Shown here: positions 36,455 to 48,439 of the stretch, one piece after another
Layout: the number at the start of each line of letters is the position of its first letter
Numbering within the stretch: the first letter of the stretch is position 1
NCBI RefSeq assembly: GCF_902459465.1
Contig: NC_047064.1
Span: forward strand, 10,565,160 to 10,629,159
Direction: 5' to 3'
From: Asterias rubens
Taxonomy: Eukaryota
DNA: 64,000 nt
Position numbers and translations under genes: made by a program
The notes under the pieces: model-generated
The model's input: only the letters and a program-made list of their open reading frames with translations
The model's database searches: none
What the model was told of the DNA's origin: nothing

Positions 36455-36780
36455 CCGACGGGATCCCACCGGAAATCCCGACGGGATCCCACCGGGAATT
36501 CCGACGGGATCCCACCGGGAATTCCGACGGGATCCCACCGGGAATTCCGACGGGATCCCACCGGGAATCCCGACGGGATCCCACCGGGAATTCCGACGGG
36601 ATCCTACCGGGAATCCCGATGGGATCCCACCGGGAATTCCGACGGGATCCCACCGGGAATCCCGATGGGATCCCACCGGGAATCCCGATGGGATCCTACC
36701 GGGAATCCCGATGGGATCCCACCGGGAATCCCGACGGGATCCTAACGGTTTTCGAAAGGGATCCCAGCAGAATCCCGGTT
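36455..36780. repeat. 23-bp minisatellite (CGACGGGATCCCACCGGGAATTC)n, about 14 copies, in a PARP4 intron
   Basis: The tandem units each contain the palindromes GGGATCCC and GGAATTCC, with variant cgatgggatcctacc units. The overlapping ORFs (GIPGGIPSEFPVGSRR...) are artefacts. Confidence 0.95.
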
Positions 36781-37112
36781 TGGGACCGGATCTGTGGCTT
36801 TATCATTTGGCCCCAAAACATTGAAAGAATGCATCCTTCCGGTGAAACATATCAATTGCACATTATGAAATAATTGCAGGCAAAATTAAAGGAACATCGC
36901 ACCCTTTTTAAGGGGCTCAGTGGCGTGATTCATACAATTTTGTTCCTCTGCCTAAAGTGCTCAACTATATTATTTGCCCACTATAGTGTATTATTTTATG
37001 CATGCGTGAATACAATAAGCATGTTCAAAGGGAAGAGTCAATTAAAATGGTTTATTTAATTTAGATTAAACTTTGAAAACAAATAATCAAAACAAAATCC
37101 TGCCTGGAACAG

Positions 37113-37295
37113 ATAATCCACAAGTTGGCAGCACATGCTGTGATCAGAGACTGGGAAGAGGGCGTCCTTCACGCTGACCGCCCGGAACACGAGGCTCAAA
37201 AGCATAAGCTTACATCACGAATTGTAGAGCTGAGCATTCGCCATTCGATCGTGACGCCTATGACAAGCTTCATAGCAGTTGAAGAAAGAGAAGAA
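37113..37295 (+). CDS. PARP4: PARP4 exon
   Basis: Translation IIHKLAAHAVIRDWEEGVLHADRPEHEAQKHKLTSRIVELSIRHSIVTPMTSFIAVEEREE matches human MIHKLAARALIRDYEDGILHENETSHEMKKQTLKSLIIKLSKENSLITQFTSFVAVEKRDE. Donor is GTAAGG. Confidence 0.95.
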
Positions 37296-37433
37296 GTAAG
37301 GAGATATGATGGTGTTGTAACATGAAATACAAAGTACAGGGTAGATATATTTCTATGGGGGGGGGACAATCTAAAAGCTCACTGTACAGATAATAATACC
37401 AGTACCAAAATCTCCAAATGCCGTCTGACCAGG

Positions 37434-37641
37434 GCCCGATTTCATAAAGCCTGTAAGCACAAATATTTGCTAAGCATGAAATTTGTCCCTTCATAAAAAC
37501 AGGATTACCAAACCAAATTTCCACGTGATTTTCAGGATAAGGAACACATTAAAATTTGGTTGGTAATCTTGTTTTTATCAAGGAAGAAATTTCATGCTCA
37601 GCAATTTTTTGTGCTTACAGGCTTTATGAAATTGGGCCCTG
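37434..37641. mobile_element. MITE family 4 copy
   Basis: Ends gggcccgatttcataaagcctgtaagcac and gtgcttacaggctttatgaaattgggccc. Confidence 0.8.
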
Positions 37642-37924
37642 AAGACACAAAAGAAGACGCCAGAAATCGAGTTTCTTATTTTGATTGCTGCAATCGAAAT
37701 ATAGTGTGGTTAATTTGAACACTCAGCATTGGATTTTGTTCCCCTTAATTTGACCATCGCAGTTTACCATGCCTGGTTACGTGGGTCCCCCCCCCCAAAC
37801 CTATTTCTTATAGTTTCTAGAATTACCCCCCCCCCCCCAGTTCTCCAAGTTTTTAGCACACTATATTTACCCCTTTGCGGTTGATTTGTATGTCTTTTTT
37901 TTCGCGTTCCTTGGGATTCATGTT

Positions 37925-38175
37925 TTTCAAAATGTTCCACGAATTTGATTTCGAGACCTCAGAATTAGATTTCGAGGGCACGAATTCAAGCATCTGAAAG
38001 CGCACAACTTCGTGTTAAAAGGGTTGTTTTTTCTTCCATTGTTATCTCGCAACTTCGACGACCAATTGAGTTCAAATTTCACAGTTTTTTTGTATACATA
38101 ATAAATGTTCAGATACACCAAGTGGGAAGACTGGGTCTTTGACAATTACCAATAGTGGCCAGTGTCTTTAACCAT
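37925..38175 (-). mobile_element. MITE family 1 copy (partial)
   Basis: Ends gacaattaccaatagtggccagtgtctttaacc. The terminus is 25 nt upstream of the PARP4 exon acceptor at 38199-200. Confidence 0.7.
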
Positions 38176-38200
38176 CCATCCTGATTGCATTTATATCAAG

Positions 38201-38335
38201 GAAGAGCAGAGGCAGCTTGCAGAAGGCCAAAAGCTAGAATTGCTTCAAACCGTGGAAGATCTTCTCTCATCAGAAGAGGTTGATCAGCTGCCAACCCTAA
38301 ACTGGAAGGAGCCCAGTGTAGCCAAACACCCGGAG
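38201..38335 (+). CDS. PARP4: PARP4 exon
   Basis: Translation EEQRQLAEGQKLELLQTVEDLLSSEEVDQLPTLNWKEPSVAKHPE is loosely collinear with human ..KVSELIAKEDVDFLPYMSWQGEPQEAVRNQ. Donor is GTGAGT. The phase is consistent. Confidence 0.75.
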
Positions 38336-38465
38336 GTGAGTTTGTAGGCGGCAATGGCAACTATTCACCGGGCGGTTCATACGTCAACGCCCTGTTTTCG
38401 CTGCGAATGTTTCAACTGATGCGATTTATTCGTCGTGAATTTGTGATGTCAAAGTTCAGATCGCA

Positions 38466-38676
38466 TTCGCAGTAAATCCCGGTTCATACTTCCTGCGAAT
38501 GCGAATGCGAAAGCGAATTTGACGTAAATTTGATGTCATAACCCTCCTTTCGCAGCGATATTCGCAAGTGAGTTGAGCAAAGTTGAACTGCTGCGAATTG
38601 TTCGTTGCGAATTTGTGATGTCAACATATTGGCTTCGCATTCGCATTCGCACAGGAAGTATGAACCGGGATTTATA
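38466..38676. mobile_element. Tourist-like MITE family 2 (TIR GGCCCGGTTCATACTTCCTGCGAATGCGAATGCGAA, TAA/TTA flanks)
   Basis: Roughly 35-bp TIRs, cccggttcatacttcctgcgaatgcgaatgcgaa at the left and ttcgcattcgcattcgcacaggaagtatgaaccggg at the right, flanked by TAA and TTA. A partial second copy lies adjacent at 38350-38460, and the element starts about 15-35 nt after the PARP4 exon donor at 38336. Confidence 0.8.
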
Positions 38677-39596
38677 TGCCCAAATATTAAGGTAGTCTTT
38701 AAGGAAGGGGTCATAATTTGTGGTAAAAACCTTGAACAAATAAGTGTTTTATTTTCATCTGAAAGCTTACTTTTTATAAAGATTGTAGTGATAGTATAGT
38801 AAGCATCCTGCAACATTATTTGGTCTGGAGTCCCCTTCGTTGATAAGAAATAAATAAAATTACTTTCAACAAGTTTTAATCTCAAAAGAATCCTTGACGC
38901 TAGTTTTGGAAATTCAAATTTATCTGGTGTCTGGTTAAATACTGCGTCTATAAAGATGTGGTTGGTACCCACTTTTACTTTCTAATAATCAAATGGATTC
39001 GATACTCCACTCATATTTTGGCAAAATAGGAAGACTCTAACAAAGAACTTGATCTATATACAACTCAGTTGGTACAGAGCACTGGCACTTTAAACCGGAG
39101 GTCGCTTGTTCAAATCCCGCTCTATTTCGTGTTCAAGCTCAAATCATTTAAAATGTTACCCAGTCTCTTTCCCTTGTGGTTTATACCCGTTTCATCAAAG
39201 GACAATAATCTGCAATGGCCCTTTAGCCAAATATCGTTCTCATGACATACTCTGACTAAAGGCCCGGTCACACAGGCCTCGATAACGAGAACGAAAATGA
39301 GGGCGATTCAACTAATCGAGGGCGTGCATGTTTATCGTTCTCATTTTTTTTGGTATCGAATTCCTAGCTGATATCATTATAAAGACACAATCCCATCACA
39401 AAAATGTCATACTACAAAATGAGTGATTCCTAGAACATACAGAGCTCTACAAGTGTAATTTACCTCGCCAAAACAATCAATCTAACATAAAAATGACTTG
39501 GATGATGATTTATCTAGTCAATATTTATAGATAGCATCTTGCAAGACTTCTTTAATGTATCTTGAACCATTTCCCGGATCCTCTCTATACCAGTAA

Positions 39597-39785
39597 AGCC
39601 CGGTTCATACGTCATGAATGCCAATGCGAAGCGAATTTGACTTGAACTATCCCCCCCCCCCCCCCCTTGCAGCGAGATTCGCAAGTGAGTTGAGCAGAGG
39701 GCAACCCACTTGCGAAGATCGCTGCGAATTTTTGACGTCGACGTTCGCTGCGCATTCGCATTCGCAGGAAGTATGAACCGGGCTT
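39597..39785. mobile_element. MITE family 2 copy (contains a C17 tract)
   Basis: The same TIRs, flanked by TAA on both sides. Located about 50 nt upstream of the PARP4 exon at 39837. Confidence 0.8.
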
Positions 39786-39836
39786 AATGTAATAAAATAA
39801 GGTAAACTGCAATTATTTGACCTCGTTTGATTGCAG

Positions 39837-39986
39837 ATTTCGCCTTCTAATCTTGTGAACAAACTCCTCCAGACGGCTATTGCAGCAGCAGACTCATATT
39901 CCTTCAAAACTGCAGAGAAGTACTTTTCAAAGGCCTACAAAGTAGCCAAGGAAAAACTATCGTACACTCAACCCCTTACCTTAAAG
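39837..39986 (+). CDS. PARP4: PARP4 exon (linker region, predicted from splice signals only)
   Basis: Open frame ISPSNLVNKLLQTAIAAADSYSFKTAEKYFSKAYKVAKEKLSYTQPLTLK. Acceptor is ttgattgcag and donor is GTAAAT. The exon is phase 0 to 0 and consistent with its neighbours. There is no sequence conservation to support it. Confidence 0.55.
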
Positions 39987-40184
39987 GTAAATATCTGTCT
40001 AATTTCATCGTATTTTCCTATAGTTTCAATGAGACAACTTGAGCTCTTCTTGTGTCTGATCAGCAGACCGTGGGTTCGAGTCCCGGTTGTTACATTAACG
40101 TGTCATTGAGCAAGCCACTAAAACTATTAATAATTGCTTTGTTATTCGGACGCGACGGTGTTATAAAAAAATATCAACGCTTAA

Positions 40185-40560
40185 AGGCACTATGGAGACT
40201 ATTGGTAATTACTCAAAATAATTGTTAGCATAAAAACTTACTTGGTAACGAGCAATGGAGAGCTGTTGATGGTTCAAATCATTGAGAAACGGCTCCCTCT
40301 GAAGTAACGTAGTTTTCGAGAAAGAAGTAATTTCCCACTAAAACATTGTAATTTGATTTTGCGACCTCATAATTAGATTTGAGGTCCCAAAATCAAGCAT
40401 CTGAAAGCACACAACTTGTGACAGGGGTGTTTTTTCTTCCTCTATTATCTCGCAACTTCAAATTTTCGCAGGTTTGTTGTTTTGTGCATATGTTGAGATA
40501 CACAAAGTGAGAAGACTGGTTTGGCGATTGCTAGTGTCCAGTGTCTTTTAGGACACTCTT
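40185..40560 (-). mobile_element. MITE family 1 copy
   Basis: Begins ttaaaggcactatggagactattggtaattactc and has the family-1 internal palindrome. Confidence 0.7.
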
Positions 40561-40982
40561 TAGCGCTATGTGCTCGCCCTTGTGTATAATAATGGCAATG
40601 CGTTTATCTTCAAACAAGAGGGAGAAGAAGAAGAAGGAGAAGAAGAAGAATTTGTATGGGTTTTGACGACCCTGAGTGACTGCAGTTTGCTGGCTTTATT
40701 ATGGACCTGTTGTGCTGTGATAACGTAAATGTTTCAACCAAACCGTAACACAGTTGTAGGGCGAGGCTTTATAAGACTAGGTGTCAAGATGGCGAAGTTT
40801 TAGAAAAGAAAGAAATCTTCCAAAGGAATTTGTGTCGAATATACCTAATAAGTATATAAAGAATGAAATAAACACTGCAACTAATGGGAGAACAAAGACA
40901 ATGTCTCGATTGACTGGGTTGACAAACGTGTGTAAAGATGAGATGATCTGGAAATAGTTTTACGCGTGTTTTTTTTTTTTAG

Positions 40983-41118
40983 GTTGCTCATCGTTTTTCA
41001 AAGTTCTGTGCTCGTGTTAAACCCGACATGAGGGAGGCATTTGATCTTGTCAATGATGCCTCTGAGGAGGTGAAGAAACATTTATCGGCAGAGGTTTTGG
41101 AGACGACGGTATCGGAAG
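40983..41118 (+). CDS. PARP4: PARP4 exon (linker region, predicted)
   Basis: Translation VAHRFSKFCARVKPDMREAFDLVNDASEEVKKHLSAEVLETTVSE. Acceptor follows a T12 tract ending in ag, and donor is G|GTAAAA. The phase links to the next exon. Confidence 0.55.
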
Positions 41119-42074
41119 GTAAAATCCGAACAGTCTTTCAATCTACTTTAAATCTACCCTCTATATAACAACTCTCGAGTCATTGAGGCCTGACCCGTAT
41201 CTGAGTCAGGCTAGCAGGAAAACTGGTTAAAACACGGGATTTTAGCTTATGAGGGTCTGTACCAGAATGACCCATTTGTGTGTCATTTTGGGTCACACTG
41301 GCCCGTAACGGCTCAGATGTGCCGATCCATGGAACCGGTTCAGCCGGGTGACATGTGCGGCCACTAAATGTAGCCCGAGCCCTAAATGTCGCCTGACCTA
41401 AATGTAGCCCTAAACCTGTTTGGGGCTATCATAGGTCCTGGCGACATTTAGGTGCAGGTTTGGGGCTACATTTAGGTCAGGCGACATTAAGGGCTCGGGA
41501 TACATTTATGGGCCGCATAGCCGGGAGTTGTTGGAGGGAAAGGTAACTTTGACAAACACAGCTTCTACCTAATCGTCTGTACTTCAATAATTCCCCGCGT
41601 ATATACAGCATTAAGGCCTAGGAAGAAATCGCACAGGCCTACCCAACCCTGCCCCACTCATCTTGACCCGTGGCCTCAATTTATATTTGGAGGGAATACT
41701 TAAAGAGGACTTACATCTGACAGTGTTTCTCAGACATGTATACGTTGGACAGAAAGGTTTATTGGGGGACACAATGATCCGCAACAAACACTCATAACAA
41801 CACGATAAATAGCCTGAACTTCTGACGTCACACTTTCTTCGAGGCTCATGAATTCAATTCAATTCAATTCAATAAAAAAAATGGTTTATTAAATCATGTC
41901 TCGCAGTTAAAAACTAAACTGCACATGTCAACATCATATGTTAAGAAAAATACATCAAATTTTGAGGAATTGCACTTTGTTGGTACCGAACTGTTCTATA
42001 GATCTGGGTGGGTCATATTTGTTGAATATAACGCTATTATGAATTAGATGAACCGTGTTTTGTTTTTTTAACAG

Positions 42075-42132
42075 ACTTCTCCAATGTGGATGAACTCGAC
42101 TCTTTACAACAAGCTGTTGAATGGGCGGAAAC
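42075..42132 (+). CDS. PARP4: PARP4 exon (linker region, predicted)
   Basis: Translation (D)FSNVDELDSLQQAVEWAE. Acceptor is ttttttttaacag and donor is GTGAGT. Phase is 1 in and 2 out, consistent with both sides. Confidence 0.5.
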
Positions 42133-43714
42133 GTGAGTATTCGTTCCATAAATAAAATGGTGTATAGAACATTCGATCGCCTTCTACATCCTATACCTTC
42201 GGCAGCAGGCAATATACTGCACTGTGCATTTGAAACAACTCGTATCATACTGAGCACTCTTGAATTAATGATTTATTCATAGTATAAAAGTTACAGCTGG
42301 ACAAGTTTTTGAGGTGTATTAGCCCCTTTTTCATATCAAAAGGTGAGAAAAACAGATGATACTTTATCACAAAAAAATGAAAGACTATTATGGTAATTTA
42401 CATAAAGTGTCTCCAGTAAACATGAATTCGGGGCTCTGCGGCTCTTTTGTAAGCAGGTCTACACATAGGGTGCGTTCGATTAGCTTCCCCGGGTCGACCC
42501 CGCGGATGAGCTCATTCGGGGGAGCTAATCGAACGACCACTCGCCCTCTCGTGGTGACGTCATGCACCTAGTGCAAGCCCCAAGTGACCCGTTCCACAAG
42601 CAGGGCACTTGGGGCTGGCCCGGGTGAGCCCCCTGGAATGACGTCAAAGCTATTTGAACGCACCGGGGCAGATCGGGTCGACCAGGGGAAGCTAATCAAA
42701 CGCACATGTATGTACGGTGGTAATCAGCCATTATTGGCCCTAAACAACGTCATTGGCTGGAGTAAGCTCGTGTGGATGGGCAAGGTTAACTTAAACCCGT
42801 TCGACATCCGCATCTGGGCCTTAATTTTTTTACAGTTTTTTTCAGCACAGTAAGAATTGCCATTCTCAAACATTTTCCAGATGTTTTTTGTAAGGATTCC
42901 CTTTTTTTAATCGATTTAGACAAAGTTACCCATTGATAAGCACTAAGACAGTGGACATTTTGATGTAAAGAAAAATAGTTGTGACAGGGTCCAAGCTCAT
43001 AAACTGCTGCACATATTTACAGTTAATAATATCAGGGGACAAGTCCATCGCAGTTTAATTAGTATAATCTTTACGCCAATTACGCTTGGTGGCAGCAGAC
43101 TTAGGCCGTGTCCGAAACGGCGACTTCGGCTACAGCTACGGCTAGATCGCGCGCGTATGCCTTAATCTTCAACACTGGTAGACGCGCTGATCTAGACGTA
43201 GCTGTAGCCTAAGTCGTCGTTTCGGACACGGCCTTACCAGGTAAAATCCATTGATCTCGGTAATGTGCGCATGCTCAGAGCTATACGTAATCACTGGAAA
43301 TTTACCTGGTAGTTCTGCTGCCACCTATAGTGTTCCAAAGTCTCCCGTTGGTATTCCTTGTTCGGAAAAGTTGGTGCACGTCAAGTTTACTCGGATATGG
43401 TCTAACCTCTCTTTACCAAAGAACTTGACATCTCGACAATTTAAATTATGAAGCAGGATTGGAAGCTTTGTATGCTAGGGATAATTATTTGTATTCCATT
43501 CTCGGTTAATGACATGCTTCAGTCGAAATGTTGAGAATAAAACAACCGGTATACTTCTTAAGGCCAACATATCATCAAAATGAGATTATCATAAAATGGC
43601 AGCGCCTGTTTATTCTAAGTTTTGCTTTATTAACGAGACGTGCGTTGTTTGCTTTGTTTGTATAAAAGTATTAAATAGTAGTATTGCAAAGCCATTCCTC
43701 AGCTAAACTCCATG

Positions 43715-44100
43715 CTTAAAGACACTGGACACTACTGGTAATTGTCAATGACCAGGTGGTGCATCTCAACATATGGTGCATATTTGATGCACTTGGTGCA
43801 TCTCAACATATACATAAAATAACAAACCTGTGAAAATTTGATCTCAATATTGGTCGTCGAAGTTGCGAGTTAATAATGGAAGAAAACAATACCCTTGTCA
43901 CACGAAGTTGTGTGCTTTCAGATGCTTGATTTCGAGACTTTAAAATCTTATTGAGGTATTGAAATCAAATTCATGGAAAATTACTCTTTATCACAATCAA
44001 GTTTCATACTACCAACAGCTCTCCATTGCTTGTTACCAAGTAAGTTTTTATGCTCTAGCATTTATTTTGAGTTATTCCAAAATAGTGTCCACTGCATTTA
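43715..44100 (+). mobile_element. MITE family 1 copy
   Basis: Ends cttaaagacactggacactactggtaattgtcaatgacc and tattccaaaatagtgtccactgcatttaaac. Confidence 0.75.
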
Positions 44101-44217
44101 AACACACCCAAACAAACAATATATTTTCCCCTCCCCCAAGTAAAATGTCCTTAATAATAATTGCGCAATATTTAAAGCCTCACAATATTGTTGGTTTTGG
44201 TTGCAATGAAGGTGTAG

Positions 44218-44318
44218 GATTGAAATGGAAAGACAGCAGGACCAACCAATGAACAAAGCAAGACGACTCGTTCCATCCATACCATTTGCTCCCCAAATAC
44301 CACAAGAAGATGATGACG
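44218..44318 (+). CDS. PARP4: PARP4 exon (linker region, predicted)
   Basis: Translation (T)IEMERQQDQPMNKARRLVPSIPFAPQIPQEDDD. Acceptor is gtgtag and donor is G|GTAAAT. The outgoing phase of 1 matches the next, conserved, exon. Confidence 0.45.
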
Positions 44319-44684
44319 GTAAATACAAATTTTGTTCTCAATTCTTTTCATTTGAGGGTCAAGCGTTTTATTAAAAAAAGGGGCTCACGTTGCCAGATTG
44401 TACACAAATGTAGCTTGAACGATGGTTCAACAATACTGATGTTTTCCCATGCCCCTTAAATATGCTTATTTCGATTGCTTGCAGGTGTGATATAGAAATA
44501 AGCAACGTATGATGGGTTGGAGGGGAGTTGTCTCAACAGTGCTATTTTCTCAGACCCGAATATTTTCCTTGAAGAAAGGTTAAATTTTCAATCAGTGCGT
44601 TTCCAAATTGCAACTTTATCAAATTGTTTTCGATAATTCCAATGGGCCTGCAGTACTTTGTATTTAATATGTTGCTGCTGTTTC

Positions 44685-44995
<311 letters not shown>

Positions 44996-45102
44996 GTTTT
45001 AGGGGGGAGAGACACTCCGATATTTCTGTATGAATAGTAGAATAATGGGGTTGGCATTTAACTGAATTCACAACTGTTACAGTTAATTGTTTTCTTTTTT
45101 AG

Positions 45103-46097
45103 TGTGTACAGAGTCGATGGTAACCATTGAAGTTCTCACACAAGCTATAGAAATAGAAATCCCAGCTTCACCCGAATTAGTCATGATGGAAGACTTCCCT
45201 GTAGTACTACAAGAAGAATGGAGGCCGGAACCAAAAGAATTGGACCTTTTGCCATCCGTGGTGGTGCGAAAGAAAGAAGTGCATTACGAACCAGCTGTTG
45301 AAACCCCAAAACGTAAGCCTAAGAATGTGTTTACGAAATTAGCACTCCGGCTTAAGAAAAGTATTCGTCGCAAATCACTTGAGCTTCGTGAAGAAGAGTT
45401 GGAGGACAACTTGCTGAAACCTGCCTTGACGGCGCGAAAGAAAGCAGCGTCTTACAAGCCACCTCATGCAGAACTAAAAGTTATGTCCTTGGAAGATACT
45501 TTGGACGAGACGGAACTAGAGATGACAAGGCCAACTTCTAAGAGCTCTCGGGAAAAGAAAATGAAACAAAAGTCTAGCCATGAAATGCATCGCGATACAT
45601 GTACACTAGATAACGAGCCCCTGGCCCGTCTCACCGAAGGTATCACACGTCCTCCCCTCCCAAGAACAGAACATCATTACCCACGCGCTCTGTCTGAACC
45701 CTCTCCACTCCCACATCCACACCCGCTTCCAGGAGAACCTTACCTACCCGCTCAGTCTGTACCCGCTCCACCCCCACACCCACCCCTCCAAGGGGCACCC
45801 GCACAGTATGTACCCGCTTCACCCCCACCTCGATCTCTTGGATCCCTACCTCGATCCCTACCGGCAGTCCCCCTGCCAGGGGCAAGTTGGGATAGATTAC
45901 AATCAGAGGAGGAGCGATCCAGTGTGCCACGGGAGAGTCTCAAAATGGCGGCAGAAATTGGGATGGCTGACATGGGGATGGCTGACATGGGGATGGATGG
46001 TATGGGGATGGATGATATGACGATGTGTGCTCTATCTATAGATCAACCAAGAGGGATGTCGACCAACACAGAATGCCTCCTTAGCATGCAAGGACAG
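45103..46097 (+). CDS. PARP4: PARP4 large exon (proline-rich and acidic region preceding the MVP-interaction domain)
   Basis: A 995-nt open frame begins after the acceptor ttttcttttttag. It contains a KK/EE-rich segment, a PxP-rich segment (PLPHPHPLPGEPYLPAQSVPAPPPHPPLQGAP) and an (MADMG)n-like repeat. It ends LLSMQGQ|GTGGGT, which aligns with human LLSLQTE|DGFWKL at the junction to the next exon. Confidence 0.85.
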
Positions 46098-46362
46098 GTG
46101 GGTTACTGTGGAATTCTGCCTGTACACTCCTTATTATTATTCGTTTTAATGCAGCAATTTCATTGAGTAGTTAATAGTGTTCATTGTAAAGAATCTAGCC
46201 CATTTTTTTCTTCAGCAGAGCACAACAAGTGCTATGGGCCGTTGGTGAGCGGGGGGGGGGGGGGGGTATGCATGTAGTAAAGATCAAAACTCAATAATGT
46301 TATAAAATAAAACAAGTAGTTAAGTTTGATCGAGTGTTTTTTTTACTCTTTGATTGTCCCAG

Positions 46363-46456
46363 GACGGTTCTTGGATATTCTTTCCTGGTTTTGACGAGAT
46401 TCTCGTCGTTCAACACATTGACTCACGCAGACTCATCAAAGAAAAACTAGAATCAG
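46363..46456 (+). CDS. PARP4: PARP4 exon (C-terminal MVP-interaction region)
   Basis: Translation DGSWIFFPGFDEILVVQHIDSRRLIKEKLES matches human DGFWKLTPELGLILNLNTNGLHSFLKQKGIQS. Acceptor is tgtcccag and donor is G|GTGAGA. Confidence 0.85.
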
Positions 46457-46990
46457 GTGAGAATGTTTAAACATGGTGTTTAATCAATGTGTTCCATAAA
46501 ACAATTAAGGCTCCCCTTTTATCTATACAAAATTATGACATACAAATAGGTAGTCCTAATGCCATAAATTGGGCACCTTCAGAGATTTGCTTCAAAGAGA
46601 GCAATGGAAAGGAATCAAGCAGGTCTTCGGATACGCAATGATGTACGACTGTGTGCACTATTGTGTAGAACAATCATACCATCAAATTATAAAACGTGTA
46701 AACTTTGTAAACGTTTTTTTTTTTAAATAAAAACAAACACCCAAGCATCCATTTTGCTAACACAACAAAAATTAGGCAGACTAGAAATACCATATCACAA
46801 CATGCTAATTTTGAAAGGGAAGTTGCTACGGAATGACTTGCTGCCAAATCGATTCTTATGAAATTAGTCCATGAATATAAACATGAATGCATGTATTTCT
46901 CCAGCTAGATTTCGGCAAACCTGCATAAAAATAGGATATTTATGAAGATGATCCTCTCACCAAATCATTCTGTGTATTTTAATGTTTTAG

Positions 46991-47268
46991 AGTTGCTATC
47001 GCATGGAGTTGCTCTGGACGTCGAGGGCGTCATTGACAAGATTTTCCAGCTCTTGGCGACAATCATGGCGAAAAGTCATATAGTTACTCGTTTGCTTGTC
47101 CACCCAACAAATCCATGGGATACTGATCAGAAAAAGCTCTCCGACTCAGTGATGAAGGCACAAGAGTTCATCAAAGTGTCCCAAATGGAGATACAGGCGA
47201 TACTAGGATTTGAGTTGGATTGGGAGTTAATGGGGGCGAAGTTAGTACTGTTTGGTAAAATGGAATGA
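46991..47268 (+). CDS. PARP4: PARP4 terminal coding exon, with TGA stop at 47266-47268
   Basis: Translation (E)LLSHGVALDVEGVIDKIFQLLATIMAKSHIVTRLLVHPTNPWDTDQKKLSDSVMKAQEFIKVSQMEIQAILGFELDWELMGAKLVLFGKME* matches human GVKGRECLLDLIATMLVLQFIRTRL...NIPWAFEAIKQASEWVRRTEGQYPSICPRLELGNDWDSATKQLL. Acceptor is aatgttttag. Confidence 0.9.
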
Positions 47269-47939
47269 ACAGAACAGATTTATTGGGGCAGGGATCGACA
47301 ATATAATGTCTTGCTTTTGACATAAATTGCCACACCACGCCATCATCCTTCATTCATTCATTCTCGAACGGGTGCAGGGGGAAATATCCTCCATTTTGCA
47401 CCGGGTAGCCCATAATAGAACCAAATTCCCAGAATGCTCGATATTGGCAACAAACTAGGCACAAACAGTGATTCAATAGAAGGTGTGGCCAACTTGATTT
47501 TGCTACATTCCAACTCATTGTAACCAAACTGATGCTGGACGTGATAATAGTCTGGTACCAGGTTTGCGCAATGGATGTTAGTATTCATTACTGTTATGGA
47601 AACAGGGAACCTGACCAAGATGGTGACAGCGTGATAATACTTTTATTGTTTTTTTTTAATACCACTTATCAAAGACAATGGTTAGTGGTAAACAATGTTG
47701 GTTTTAAGACACGATCATTTGAAAAACTAGTGCACTTTTTAGACTTTGTGTTGGGAGATTTTATCCGCCATATTTGTTGACAGTGAACCATAATATTCCC
47801 AGAATGCTCGACATTGACAACAAACCAGGCCCGAACAGTGGTTCAGTAGGCATGGTTAACACTTTTTTTTATTTTTTTTATCGACCACTTGCATTGGTCG
47901 CCATCGTTAATGAAAATGTGCACGCGGGAAAGGCTTTCA

Positions 47940-48180
47940 GTAGGGAGGTTTAGCTGCACGTCGCGCGCAACGTGAACGTTAACGTCAGTTAGTGTGTTGT
48001 TAAAATCTCACGTTTTTAGCATACGTTACACCCTATTCACGTCAGGTACGTACGTCCACACTTCAAACGTAAGCACAAATACAAATATACCCTAAGTGGT
48101 GACATTTTTAAAACAACACATTTTTCGACGTTCACGTTCACGTTTTTGCTTGCGTAACGTGCAGCTAAACCTCCCTATAT
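47940..48180. repeat. Inverted repeat (hairpin) with arms of about 45 bp, agggaggtttagctgcacgt...cgttcacgtt
   Basis: The arm at 47941-47990 and its reverse complement at 48130-48178 flank about 140 bp. Confidence 0.7.
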
Positions 48181-48439
48181 TATTAGCTGAGAGTCGTGTG
48201 CAGCTCATGCACAAGTGCATCTGTCCATCGTTTGTTGTAAAGATGGCGGTCAACGTCATGTGCAATCCATCTATTGTGACATCTACTGTAAACGCATATA
48301 GGCCCTAAAAATGAAGTAGGAATTTCCTCAATATTAGTATTAGGCACTATAAGTGTCCACAAGTTATATCTTACAACTCAACACTGGAAATTGTTCTATG
48401 CCAGTGACCTTCTGGTGACCTATTTCGCGTAAAAACATT

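Noticed and set aside
36355-36873. Overlapping ORFs on both strands with a GIPGGIPSEFPVGSRR-type repeat
   Set aside because: They are translation of the 23-bp minisatellite, open in all frames by construction.
38484-38972. 162-aa minus-strand ORF
   Set aside because: It runs through two adjacent Tourist-like MITE copies. It is an artefact of palindromic repeat sequence.
45643-45988. Minus-strand ORFs of 95 and 78 aa
   Set aside because: They are antisense to the proline-rich PARP4 coding exon. GC-rich coding sequence commonly gives open antisense frames.
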